From Octopus vulgaris (Eukaryota): a DNA stretch of 64,000 bases. A program made the position numbers and the translations under genes. The notes under the pieces are model-generated. The model was not told the origin of the DNA, did no database searches, and saw only the letters and a list, made by a program, of their open reading frames with translations. Shown one piece after another: positions 41,596 through 55,490 of the stretch (position 1 is its first letter; each line of letters opens with the position of its first letter). Location of the stretch: positions 34,348,001-34,412,000 of the forward strand of contig OX597816.1 in the NCBI GenBank assembly GCA_951406725.2, read 5' to 3'.

Positions 41596-41744
41596 TATCC
41601 AAAAAAACCTTAGGAATGAGAACACAGGTTCAAAATTTCCCCAAGCCACCTGATGAAGGCTGGATGGCATATCTGCCGAAACGTTGTGTTAACAACAAAC
41701 AAGATGAGGACTAATATCCGTCAAATGTAAATAATGTAAATAAT
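41218..41744. mobile_element. Fold-back insertion of tRNA-head/(AAT)n/hammerhead-tail element (locus B)
   Basis: Minus arm 41218-41444; plus copy from A-box TGGCGTAGTGG (41461) through (AAT)n to tail 41744; HHRs at 41272-41316(-) and 41645-41690(+). Confidence 0.88.
41645..41690 (+). ncRNA. Minimal type I hammerhead ribozyme (best-preserved copy of the family)
   Basis: GCCAC-CTGATGA-A-GGCTG..CTGCC-GAAA-CG-TT-GTGTT; palindromic AACGTT at the stem III position. Confidence 0.7.
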
Positions 41745-42464
41745 CTGTTAACGTATCCCCTTACGTCAATGTAAAATTTCTTCTCATCAAGATAGGCCTT
41801 GATCTGAAAAGTAGTTAGCAATATACACCTCGCTTGAATATTTACCACTTCCGAGGTTCCGCTCCCTATAAAACATATGTAGTCTGGATCTTAACTACTC
41901 CATTCGTTAACTCTCATATATATACATGTAGGGAAAGAGGTATAGATAGAGAAAGACAGAGGGAATGAAGTAAACTAGAATCTGACGGATAATATTTTGG
42001 AGGTGCAAAATAGCAATAATACAAGTGCATACATACGAAATACACACCATTATATCCATTAATTATGTGAAGTTTTTTTCAAAGAGGTTACACTGCTTGT
42101 GGGTGACACGCCTACACACACACATATTTATGAAACGCATATTTCTGGAAATTATCTTAACTACCACCATAGAATATTATTCAATTATATTTTGTCAATG
42201 CGTTACATCGTTGACAATGTGGCGTTATCTCACTTGTTCATTTATCGCATATTTTCGGGTATTTATATATTTGATAGTTTGTCTGCATTCCACTGAATAG
42301 TAAAATTTAGTCTTATAATTTCTAATTTGCGCGATAGAACTCGATCCAGTTGTATCATACAGACAATTGTACCACTTGATTCAAAGCCTTTTTTGTTGAG
42401 GCGAAGTACACAAAAAGAAAGAGTAATTCTTGTTCTCTAGTTTATACACACAACAGAAAGATTT

Positions 42465-42509
<45 letters not shown>

Positions 42510-43653
42510 CTGATTTTTCACAAAGTGCAAACAACATCTTGACGTTATATAAGTTAGACTTGTAGAATAAGTACAACAATTCGCATTGTACTAGAAACCC
42601 AGAAAGTAGAAATCAATGGGTCGAGTTACACGTAGAACCTAGAAAGTGTGACACTAAATATTACATTATGTGAAATGCAGGCAAACAATGTTAATTCTTG
42701 ATAATGTGTTATAACTGAACAAAGAGGACCATGCGTTCTTGCAAAAATGTATTATTGATACAAGTGTGTGTGTGCATATATGTGTAAATAGGTGTACATG
42801 TGTGTGTGAGGCTGTTTACGTGTGTGTGTTTATATTAGTGTGTGTGTAGATATATGTATATAGATGTATACATACACATGTGTATGATGACAATATATAC
42901 AACGTATCATATACATAGGGAGTTACATTTCTCGCTATACTCTCATACATACACCCCACCGCGCACACACAAACATAGCTATCTATGTACCGATCTATGT
43001 ATCTATCTATCTATACATCTATCCGTCTATCTATCTATGTATCTATAAGCATGCGTCTGGTAGTTCATTACCTGTCTTCATTAAGTTGTCTTGTTCTAAA
43101 TTATTCATGTATAATACTTCAGCTGCAATAGAAACTCTAACTCTTCGATTGAATTAAAAAAAAAAAAAAATGAATGACATAGCCTCGATAGATATGACAT
43201 ATCGTGTAGAAGGCAAATTACAGAAACTAATTTTCGAGTAATTAATTATTCAGCTAGACTTGGACTCATATCGGAATGATCGTGTCAGATGAACATTTGC
43301 AACGGTTCAGCAACTTAACCCAAATTCTTTTGATGTTACCGTTTTGCAACAACTACTGTGTTGTCCAATCATTATATTTACATTAAATTAATTGCCACAA
43401 TACTCTACTTGCTCGCTTGCATACACACACACACACACACACACACATACATGCATACATACATACATACATATATACGTGTGTGAGTACCTACATATAT
43501 ACATATCCCTATACATACACACATACACATACACACATACACATATATATATATATACGCATATATTTGTACGTCTGCGTTTACACACACAAAATACGTA
43601 AATGTATATGTGTATATATGTATATATATAATGATGAATATAAATATATATAC

Positions 43654-43703
<50 letters not shown>

Positions 43704-44289
43704 GTTTATAATTAATGTACGTTATGAATAAATATATGTGCCAACTTATAAATACCTTTAATAAACCTATATTTATTTTGGCCGTGACACTAATCACCTT
43801 TTCCAAATCAGACGACTTTCGCAGAATGAAAGATCGAACCGACCACTATTATCTTTAATTACCAACAGACGAAGGGTGTCTGCCTCAACTATTATTGCAT
43901 TTAATTGTAAGATCCATGCTGCTACCTCTGAAAATTCCATACTTAATTATAATGTGCAAAAAAACAGAATTTATGTTAATTTATATTTCTATCAGTCGTG
44001 TTATTACATCAGGAACTAAACAATTAATAAGTTTTAATGAAATATGTTTACTACAAATACAGACACACCACGTGCCCACTTATAATTTTACGAAACATGA
44101 CTGCTAGTAGATTGCAATCGTTTAATTAATATCCCGAGAAAGTAAATTATATAAGCGTACTTCCTAAATAGCGGAATTGATTCTGTAATTTTCCCTCCAA
44201 TTATTAAAAATAATACTAATAAACAGGCTAATAACCTTTAAACTGTACTAGCGGGCGCGCCGCTTTAGTGAGTCAGGAAAAGTTTGGTA

Positions 44290-45080
44290 GCTCAACTATT
44301 ATCTAGTTAAAACCTTCAGAGTGTTTTGATAATCTGGATGAGGTTACAGAACTACGCTGTATATGATTATTGGATCGAAGAAATAATCTCAAGTCTAGAA
44401 TCGATCTACTGGCGCAATGCACCCCCACACATAAGTTCCTCTTACTTCAAGTACCTACAGGTTTTTAGTTTCCTAGATAGAAAATCTGTGATTGTATGTA
44501 TTGTGTTTTCTAGATATTGTAAACGAGATAAACTGCTACCATGCCTGACAACGAGTATCTGCCACAGATGAGATCCATTACAGTTCGAAATCATGTAATC
44601 TGGTAGTCTTGAAGCTAGAATGGCAGGGCATATCTCCCGCTTGCAATACATGTCGTGTGCGGGAAGCGTACTCAATAAACCAGCTAGAGGAGATCCCTTC
44701 CTTCGTTTAAGTGGCAATATTCTTATCTCTTAGAGAACAGGCTCAATATAGTTGCATAAGTAATAATTTCTGGTTCGTATTCTGCTTCTGTTTTGAAAAA
44801 AGGTTTTCTGACATATTTACAAAATAAGTAGAAATAATTGTGTGTAATAGAAGCAGAATCAGTAAAAACTAGGAAAAGAGCACAATTCATACATAATGTA
44901 AGTACACCATTGAAATGCAATTTGCAGCGATATTCGTACAGAGAAACCATGTCTTATTGTTGTGATGGACTTGCAAACCCAATACATATCAAAGGGAAAC
45001 GAAAAGCATTACAGCGGCGATTAGTGAGAAAGGCTGATGAATTTCGGCTCCGTGAAACGGGTATTCTCAGGAAGCTACAT
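44290..45080 (-). mobile_element. Old Penelope-like RT remnant
   Basis: Minus-strand PK..H-like, MVSLY, GSPLAGLLS and T...RK..TCRYL motifs in PLE RT order (ORFs 44723-44950, 44442-44717). Confidence 0.4.
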
Positions 45081-45185
45081 ATTTAAATTTGATTTGTCGG
45101 TACCAATATATGCAGTAAACTACACATCAATTACTTACTAGAATTGCAAATAACCACCAGGTTGAATAAAATCCGTTATATGCAA

Positions 45186-46115
45186 TTATACATATTCGCA
45201 ATACCAGCTAGCTTATACATATTATATATATTCGCAATACCAGCTAGGTTATACATATTATATATATTCGCAATACCAGCTAGGTTATAAATATATATAT
45301 TCGTAATACCAGCTAGGTTATACATATTATATATATTCGCAATACCAGCTAGGTTATACATATTATATATATTCGCAATACCAGCTAGGTTATACATATA
45401 TATATTCGCAATACCAGCTAGGTTATACATATTATATATATTCGCAATACCAGCTAGGTTATACATATATATATATATTCGCAATACCAGCTAGGTTATA
45501 CATATTATATATATTCGCAATACCAGCTAGGTTATACAGATTATATATATTCGCAATACCAGCTAGGTTATACATATTATATATATTCGCAATACCAGCT
45601 AGGTTATACAGATTATATATATTCGCAATACCAGCTAGGTTATACATATTATATATATTCGCAATACCAGCTAGGTTATACATATGATATATATTCGCAA
45701 TACCAGCTAGGTTATACATATTATATATATTCGCAATACCAGCTAGGTTATACAGATGATATATATTCGCAATACCAGCTAGGTTATACATATTATATAT
45801 ATTCGCAATACCAGCTAGGTTATACATATATATATATTCGCAATACCAGCTAGGTTATACATATTATATATATTCGCAATACCAGCTAGGTTATACATAT
45901 ATTATTCGCAATACCAGCTAGGTTATACTTATTATGTATATTCCCAATACCAGCTAGGTTATACATATTATATGTATTCGCAATACCAGCTAGGTTATAC
46001 TTATTATGTATATTCGCAATACCAGCTAGGTTATACATATTATATATATTCGCAATACCAGCTAGTTTTTTTTCCAGATATTTTATCCAGCGGCTATTCG
46101 CAATACCAGCTAGGT
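45186..46115. repeat. ~36-bp minisatellite, ~25 tandem units plus one detached core
   Basis: Unit tattcgcaataccagctaggttatacatattatata, counted by eye; variation almost confined to the TA-rich linker. Confidence 0.95.
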
Positions 46116-47238
46116 TTGTTATCTCCAGCTATCGGTGGCAACAACCGTCTTCTAAGTTAGTTGTGATTACAAGACATTGAGGAAGTCCAACAAAAAGCTA
46201 GCAGCTGTTGGAACGATGTTGGATTCCCTTGGTATATATCTCGTTCGAAAACACAAAAAATGCTCTCTATAGATGAATAGCGCAGTAAATTGCACTTCAT
46301 CATCATTTTACATTATATATGATACATAGATGTCAGCTTTAAAAATAATTAAAATTTTAAATAATATTCACTTGTTTTTCTTTCCTTGGGGAGTGCTAGC
46401 AAAACGCTATCATTTCGAGAAATATAATCGGAGTTCAGGGAGCTCACTTTTTCTATAAAGTTATTACTTCCCTCATTGTAAGATTTTATATTTTTTCTGA
46501 AAAACATACATTACAAATTAACAATAAATCGTTGTTTGGAACTGCAGTAAGACATGTTTGTGCAGTTGAAATGCATACAAGTATAATACACGAATAGGTC
46601 TGTACTTAAGATCTCGAATATACAAAATTTTAAACTTCCAGCTAATAATGTCGACACATGACAAATTTAACATTCATTTCACAGAACTGGACATCAGCAT
46701 TTCCATGTGATTTCGGACAAAATTACAAATATGCATGTTTCAATTTGTTACCAAATATCTTGACAGATCATGTCGATTTATCACACGGTTTACCACATGC
46801 ACAGTGTTTATGAGGAAGGGCAATTTTTCTATAACGAGAAAACTAATAATCATCAGCATTAATAACACAGGGAAATAGAAGTCAACAAATGTTTCCAATG
46901 CCTAATGCGTTATTTCACTGCGAATTACATTAGTTAGTTTCAACATAGCTATCTTGAATATTAAGTTCAGTTGAAATCTGTCAATAAATAGATAATATGT
47001 TAAATATGTCTGCATATGGAATGACTGCATGTACATACGTTTTTTCTCTTTGAATATAAATCGTATAAATGTAATAAAATAGCATTGCAGCTGCCTAAGA
47101 TTTACTCTTAGTTTATATTATGTAAATTTTCTGTAGGCGTAAGTACATTCAGACCACTTTTATACGATGAACAGCATTAACAAAGAAACTACGTATAAAC
47201 GCACGGATTATATAGGTGCATATGTAAATATATATATG

Positions 47239-47320
<82 letters not shown>

Positions 47321-48436
47321 TCTGTGTATGTATGTGTGTCTGTGTATGTGTCTGTGTGTGCAGATATGTATCTATTTATCAAGCTATTTCATAAATAATA
47401 TCAAAGTTCTCTTCCGGATGATAAGGTCATGATGTCAGTATTTTGGAGTTATGTGGTGCATAGGTTCCCCTCTATTCGGATACTGATGTGTTACAGGTAA
47501 GTCGGTCAGCACTACATGAAACGAAGTGACTTACCGAAGAATATAACTCATCACCTAATGCTAAAATCGAAACCATATCCTTCGATCATGATTAAAACTC
47601 CTTGAAGACCTAAATAACTATGACTTATATATATCTGAGGTGTTGCCCAAAATGTTGAAAACTTGTGAACCTTGAAACCCAAGCGTTCTCATTTGAGATA
47701 GAAAAGACAGTTTGTTTAATATATGCAGTGCCATGTTGTTCGGCATCTAGGAACATAGGAGATGGATATATGAAGTGTTGGCGCTCGGCACTGAGACCAA
47801 GAATGAAAGATCATGACTGGCTGGACACACGTCACGTGAAAGAGGGGTAGATGGGTAGGGGGCAGAGGGATTGAAGGTTTAGAACGATCTACCCCAGGGC
47901 CAGGATATCAAACGAGAGTAAATCTGTGACGTTTGATGCGTTTGGCAGAGGATTTTCGACGAATTACCTAGCTTTCTTCGCTCGTGAATTTCGTGCCCAA
48001 AACAATATAGTTGCCCTATTCGACAGAATTAGCCCCTGCAGACTTCCATCTATTTCCCAAGATGAAAATGTAGGAAAAAGGTCATCTTTGTGAGACCCTT
48101 GTCGAGATCCAGAGCAAATCAGAGAAAGTCATCGATTCAATTACGAAACAAAAGACTTCCAGCCCGGTTTCCAAAAGTGGCAGGAAAGCTGGGACTGGTG
48201 TATTACTGCTTAAGGTGACTATTTCGAAGATTATGCTAAATAAAACTTAGGTAAATAAGCGGAGAAGGATAGATGTCATATAGTTTAGGTCTCGACGGGA
48301 CGGGAAATTAAATATTTTCGTCGAGCTTTTACTACTCCACCTTCAAATCCCCACACATGATTCTTTCACAGTTCAAATTCATTATAGTATGCTTTCTCTC
48401 AGACAGTCATATCAGGTATATAAGTACACACATACA

Positions 48437-48503
<67 letters not shown>

Positions 48504-49318
48504 ATATATACACCCACACGCAAACCAACACACTCGTCTCATAAACGTACGCACAATGAAGGCACTCATGCAATATGTCACAAACGAACACATACTTATG
48601 TACACTTGAACAGACTTCTGAATAGTCTGTCATGTTTATCTCCTACACAGATCATCACAAGCACTTCTCTCCACTTAACAAACGCAAGAAAACACATATC
48701 TTGCAACACAATAAAACATCCGATGCTGCCAGGCAACAACAGCTGATACATACACGCATTGATCCTTCACATGCACGAGCTACAGGGTATATCCGTAGAT
48801 CTTGCATGTGAAAGACGCAATCACACACACAAACACACGCATCTAATATGTACTCATAAACAGCTATGCAATAACATATTGATAGAAATAGGCAGCAAAT
48901 ATAATACACTTTACTTCATGCTAGCACAGGACACACGTTAAAATAGCCATACGTACAAAGTTCCAAAGCGGATTGCAAATACAAAGAGACAAACAAATTG
49001 TATATATATATATATATACATGCTCACATATACAGTTCTCCCTTTTACTCTTCCTCCATATTGAAAGCGGAACTGATATATAACAATACAATTTCCGTCA
49101 GTTACGTAATTTCCGTCTCTTTGTTTTCTCCCTGTATATGTTTAAGCTTCGTGAAAAAAGGGTATTTTCGAGCAACTACACATTCTATGCTGGAATTCTT
49201 AAGAGCTGCACATAAATAAAAGTCTGTGAAAATGTTTCATAATACTATAGATAATATTAATTTATTAGCTATACGTACTACAAGGAAAAAGGAACCACCT
49301 TATAATGCATGAAATGAC

Positions 49319-49366
<48 letters not shown>

Positions 49367-49438
49367 AATCAAGTATCTTATGTTACGGACAATTGTTCCA
49401 TTTTGATTTAGATATTTCAATATGAAAGACCGATTTAC

Positions 49439-49649
49439 AGCGGTGTGTTGGCAGAATCGTTAGCATGCCGGGCAAAATGGTAGGATGCATTTTATTTGTT
49501 TTTACGTTTTGTGTTCAAATTCCAACGCGGTCAACTTCGGCTTTCTTCCTTTCAGTGTCCATAAAATAAGTAACAGTGGAGAACAGGCGTCGTTTTAATC
49601 AACTTATCCCTTCCCAGAACTTGCTGGCGTTGTGTTTTAATTTGAAACC
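49439..49649 (+). mobile_element. SINE family A (alternative tail)
   Basis: tggcagaatcgttagcatgccgggcaaaatg...gttcaaattcc; tail ttgctggcgttgtg...tttgaaacc. Confidence 0.75.
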
Positions 49650-51785
49650 GATTTGTTATTTAAGCTGATACCAAATTAGAGAACTAAATTGAAATAAAAG
49701 AATCTCAGTTATATAAATATGTGCCCGTTCTCAGTTTTTGTTAAACGCATACTGGTCCGCACACTTAATACCTATGTACGTACATATTTATACAGAGTTA
49801 CCTATGTCTCACTGAGACACATGCATGTTATCCTTGATAACATCTTATAAATATTATATAAATACATTCAATTATCGTAGAGATCCTAGAACTGTAATTA
49901 TGCTATTAGAAAACAAACTTTTTACCGATCATCTATTGAGAAAATGCCTTCAAAATTTACGATATTGTTAAGGTATAAGGTCACGTTGTACAGTTTATTT
50001 TTTATAAACTAAAAATGTTATGGACATGGATTCAAAGTCTTTACACTAGATCTGAGAGATTAAACATGAACCGTGATGACAATAATATAGATGCCATACC
50101 AAACGCTTTCATCCCATTCCTAGGGAAATCCCTAAATATGACCATTTTAAATCATCTTTCACACATTTGTACTTTCGTTGTTCTACTTCTTTTCATCCCA
50201 GAAAAATAGTAAATTTACATATGAGCTATCTCGTTGCACATTCTATTTTTACTGGCCAAATACCTCACTCGCTTACTCTTCTGTCATCTCATTAATTATT
50301 CCTGAAACTCCATTGGTTTGCGTATAATCACAAATAGTTTCTCACTACTTTATTTATACGAAGAACTACAGGAAATATACCGAGCAAGCATTGACTACTG
50401 CATACATCTCTTAAAGCATTGACACAATGCAAACAGTATACTATACACATGTAGAGTTTCTTGTTCCACTAATTCATACCAAGTTACAAAATGCAATATC
50501 CGATCCAATAAAAGACAATGTGTTATAGAACATATTTACTTTTACTTGAACAAGAAAATAATTTGCCTATGACTTATTGTCGCTAGTAATGAATAATAAA
50601 TTTTGGTTATATCTTAGTAAGTTATGAGTGGAAGTATATTATGTCAAGGAATGTTAAGTCATGTTATGTTATGTTAGTAATATCATGCTTAACTTAAGTA
50701 TGCATATTTTCAATATTCTCGAATGAGATATTTCAACGATAAATGCAATATAATTTAAAAGCAAAATCGTTCCTCCCTCCAAGGAATACCAAGCAGCTAG
50801 GCTAAATGTTGATTTGAGTTTAGATGTAATTTGTAACTTAAATATGTTGAGCTAATGATATAGCACAATAAATTTCAATAAGTAACCATCACAAATTACA
50901 ACTTTTGGCTGTTTAACTCTAAACTATAAATATATAATTAACTTCTATTAATGTAAATATATTATTCAGTAATTTTACATCAAATTTAAATGTTGTAAAT
51001 ATTATAAGAAATGGACTTTGTAAAAGGTTTCTCAGTGTACAGACATCATCCATTTCATTATGTTGAAGCCGTATAAGGTCACTGTTCGAAAAATTATTCA
51101 CATTGCCTTTCCTAGTCAACATATTCTTATCTTGCACAATTTAAATTAGCAATATCCTGCTTTCGAACGCATAAACTGTAAATTCCTAATTATCTCTAAT
51201 TGGGAACAGACTTTAAATATCAATTTCTACTCGCCATAGATATTATTAATTTTAGCATTGTTAAGTCTTGTTACTTGCAATATTGCATAAAATGGACTGT
51301 GGTATTTTTCTATTTACATTTTATGTTAGGATTTCAAAATTAATTATTCCAATGGGACTTCTGCAGTTATCGTAAGAAATTTTTAATTCTTACTTGCAAT
51401 GCAGATTAGGTTGGCTAAATTTGGCCATCACATTTTATGCGTTCATAAATTTGAATTTCAAAGAGTATACTGAAGTAACTGAATATGTATGCCCTATCAT
51501 ATAAATGTAGTTTCAAATAAATTTGTTTGACACATTATAGTTTATGGATATGTGAGATAATCTTATGTCACGTTTTTTAAGATTTTTATGTACAGCGTTG
51601 TGTATTAAGCTTTAATTATATTCAATTGTAGATGGGGTTTTTTTTTTCTTTTTATTTCATCTTCATGCATCTTCAAAGTTTGCCAAAGTTTGGTGTCGTT
51701 GTAAAAATGCTAAGAACCCGAATCTGCACTAGAAATGTAACTGAACTTTCGGAGGAGATTATAGGGATATTCTTTTATAGTTGAC

Positions 51786-51862
<77 letters not shown>

Positions 51863-52556
51863 AGAAATACTCTACGATTATTCCTTACAGCCCAATACAT
51901 TAGCCGTTTGAAAACAACCACTATATTCCGTGCATGCATGTATTATTTGCAATAGTTTAGACGTCTTGGCAACTATTCCCACTACAAAAGAAAAAAAAAC
52001 TGTTCCTCAAAATTGCGCATGAACGGCAACTAAGAATGCGATGAACGTTTTACTAGAGATATTCTGAAATTTAATTCTCGGAAACTACTATACCTTTTAC
52101 ACGCACATATGTACATAGATATATATAGGTGTATCTGTATAATTATGAATGAGCGTGTGTCAATGCACATAAAACATATAATATATAGAATACCATGATG
52201 ATACTAAAAGTCAATTTGAAAAACGGATGTCATTGTGAACATTGTAATATCTAATTTTATAGTATTTATATTTTCTCTTAATTTTACGAACAAATAAGGA
52301 CACATTTTGTAAATTACACGACTACTCGATACTCCAGTTGACTTCATATTTCAGAACAATGGTTAATTCTTCCAAATGTAAAGAGTACTTTAATATATAT
52401 AAAGTCATTTGCTAAGAGCAAGCAAGATACTATCGTCCCTTTCATCATTTGCGTCTACGTTCGACTTACGTTCACATATTTATAAACACATACGTACATT
52501 AAAAATCCTTCTTACATATGTATGTATGCATGTGTGTATGTATGTATATATATATA

Positions 52557-52886
52557 TAATATTAGGGTGTATATCCAAACCTACAGGGAAAAATTAGATT
52601 TAGGGTTAAGTCAAATTTCACAGTATAAATATTACCTATATTATATTTTACTTTTTTATACTTTTTGGTTAGTTATATAAAAAAAATTTTAATTTAAAAA
52701 TTAAAAAAAAAATTAAATTTAAAAATATAAATCTAAAAATTGTAAATTTTAATAATTTAAATTTTAAATTTTATATTTTTTATATATATATTATGTTAAT
52801 TATATTTATTTTTTGCTTTTTATGTTTTTGGTTTATGTCTATCACTGTTTGAGTTTCCTAATACTGGTTTTATCTCTAATTTAATT

Positions 52887-52890
<4 letters not shown>
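52557..52890. mobile_element. AT-rich repeat element (same family as 6140-6760)
   Basis: 52557-52630 is the reverse complement of ~6685-6760; 52815-52890 matches ~6612-6680; flanked by TA runs. Confidence 0.7.
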
Positions 52891-52922
<32 letters not shown>

Positions 52923-53254
52923 GACCATTATTACTCATGAGAGATAACAATATTAGTGTGTTAGTGGCCGCAAGCTTAGAGCCGTATAGAGAAAACTAAA
53001 AGTGATACATAAAGATTATATATAACAAGGGGAAATGGGTGGCACAAGCCTTGCTAGGATTAGTTGTAAAAATTCACTCCAAAGCCACAAAAAATTAACA
53101 GAAAATTTTTCCAGGCATATTTGGAAGAATCTAAGTGAATAAGATTGCGTCTTAATTCTGCAAAATTGCAAGAAAGAATGCCAGTTAACCTGGAATCATG
53201 ATTTCAAATTTAGCGCCAAAAGTACTTGATTCTCTTCAACCAAGTTAACTCATA

Positions 53255-53469
53255 TACGAGAGGTGCTGAAATGTTCCTGGCTTTGGATAAAAGAATATAC
53301 AGGAAGATCAGTTAAATATGATATTACTTAGCATACTTCCCTCTAAGATTCACACATATTTCAGCGGTCCTTTGTGTTTTCTGAGCCCTGTAAAAGACCT
53401 CGGAATTTGGGCCTCCAGCCAGGTGTTTTGCAATACCCTTGAACCCAGGAACCTTTCAGCACCCTTGCA
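53255..53469. mobile_element. Mariner-type MITE (~215 bp)
   Basis: Imperfect TIRs tacgagaggtgctgaaatgttcctgg / ccaggaacctttcagcacccttgca; second copy at 3020. Confidence 0.75.
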
Positions 53470-53808
53470 CATAAATGAATACCTAAATACATTACAACTC
53501 CTTTTGCGAATATATGCATGTATTTATAATACAACTGCACACACACACACACACATAGGCGGTCCTCCAGCATGGCCGCAGTCAAATGATTGAAACAGCT
53601 AAAAGAGTAAAAGGATAAAAAATTATATATACTATTATGTTTCTCCTGTTATTTATAATTGCAAACTAATACCATTGACTATTTTTTGCATTTCTTGCTT
53701 ACTACATTCTCTGCAAAAGCGTTTGTTTGTCTTCCTATCTAAAAACAATGTCAATAACTTGCATTAGTACATAATGTGCAATAATGCATTGTTACACAAT
53801 GTGTAAAA

Positions 53809-54017
53809 GGGTGCGATGACGGAGAATCGTTAGTACGCCGGGCAAAAGCGTCAGCATCACGGCCGTCTTTACATTCTCAGTTTAAATTTCACCGATGTCG
53901 AATTGACCTTTCATCATTTCTGCCTTAATAAAATAAGTTTCACTTGCGCACTAGGGTCGATGTAACGTATATACTCCGTCACCCAAAACTGCTGGCCTTG
54001 TGAAGAATTTGAAACCA
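53809..54017 (+). mobile_element. SINE family A (alternative tail), decayed
   Basis: agaatcgttagtacgccgggcaaaa...cctttcatc...ctgctggccttgtg..tttgaaacc. Confidence 0.7.
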
Positions 54018-54765
54018 TTATCATTTTATGTGTAAAATAACAGTTATTATTATTCTATCTAAACCATAGGGCGTAAATCGAATCTCGTGTCACATCCATA
54101 TAGAAAAAGACAGGTTAACATTCGAAATCCAAGTTACTTTATCATACATAAGCAAGTACGTGTTTCTTAATATCACTTTATGTTCACTTTATAATAACTC
54201 CATCTCGCAGCGTCATCAGCACGCACACAACAAAATGGATACCGGCATTCCATGTTTCTTTACGATGAGAAATTTGATTACGTCCACATCAGCATTACCT
54301 TTAATCTTTTCGGGCTCATGAAAGCAAGCGCAGTTTGTGAACTGGGGTCGGTATAACAGACATATCACCTCACAATATAAAAATTCAGACGTTGTAGCTC
54401 CAACGAAAATAATGATTTTCTCAGACATATAATGCAGTGAGATAATAAAAGCTCGCCAGTCACCCTGTTTTCCAGTTTATCTTTTACGGCCATGCTGGGG
54501 CATCACCTTGAAGTCTTTTACATGCACTTATTCTATCGCTCTCTCTACATGAAACGCTAATTAATTTAGACGTACACAAGAAACAAGCCAATACCGCATG
54601 TTAAGCCCTGGTGTAGGACAAACATAAATATACACAAAAAACACGCAAGCTAACAAGCACGCATACACACATATATATATGAATATATATTTATATATAT
54701 ATATATATACATATATATTTATTATATATTTACTGTGGTTAACCCCGAATCAACCCGGGACCTAC

Positions 54766-54808
<43 letters not shown>

Positions 54809-54946
54809 CATATATACATATATATATGTATGTGTATATATATATATATATAGTAAGGAAAATTTCTTTTTTTTTAAATGCAGAATGCTCAAATGAAAGA
54901 AAATTTTAATAAAATGAGAAAATGATAAAATATATAAATATATATT

Positions 54947-54987
54947 TATTCAACCGGTTTTCGTCATTGTATGACTTGTCAAGAATA
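54947..54987 (-). ncRNA. Hammerhead ribozyme variant (mirror copy in the inverted pLTR)
   Basis: Exact reverse complement of 57226-57266. Confidence 0.65.
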
Positions 54988-55490
54988 TTTATGTTTTAAG
55001 AAGTTATTTTAAAAATTAGAAAGGGGAAAAAAAGAAAATTGCATTGTTTTTCGTAAAAGAATAATGATAAAAATGTACAAAAATTAAAAATAAGTTCTCC
55101 GATACATTGTGAGTTCGTTGTGTATCTTGCGTTTTATGGTTGTTTACTAAAAAATTACCTTGAGGTGTTAAGATCCAAAGGGATTAAGAGCATGTGATGT
55201 GTTGTGTTGTTAAATTCAGCATGTTGCAGGACAGGAAGTAGTAGTAATTGTGGTCCTGGTTCTTCAGTTCCTTTGTTGTGGGTAAGGGGAGACAACTCTT
55301 TTGAGTTCTTCAATAAAACCCAAATTATAAAACTATCATTTTAGCTTCATTTGCATTATCTTTTTTATATAATTGCTTGTTAACTTAACTTTCAGATTTT
55401 AACACTTTATTTATATTATTTTCTAATAATATAAATCTGCATAGACAATTGCATTTCAAATTGTCATATCATTTATAATAAAAATGATAT

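Noticed and set aside
45186-46115. CRISPR-like array or repeat-protein ORFs (MYNLAGIANIY)n
   Set aside because: No unique spacers, no cas genes, eukaryotic context; the ORFs arise from the 36-bp period and are broken by linker indels.
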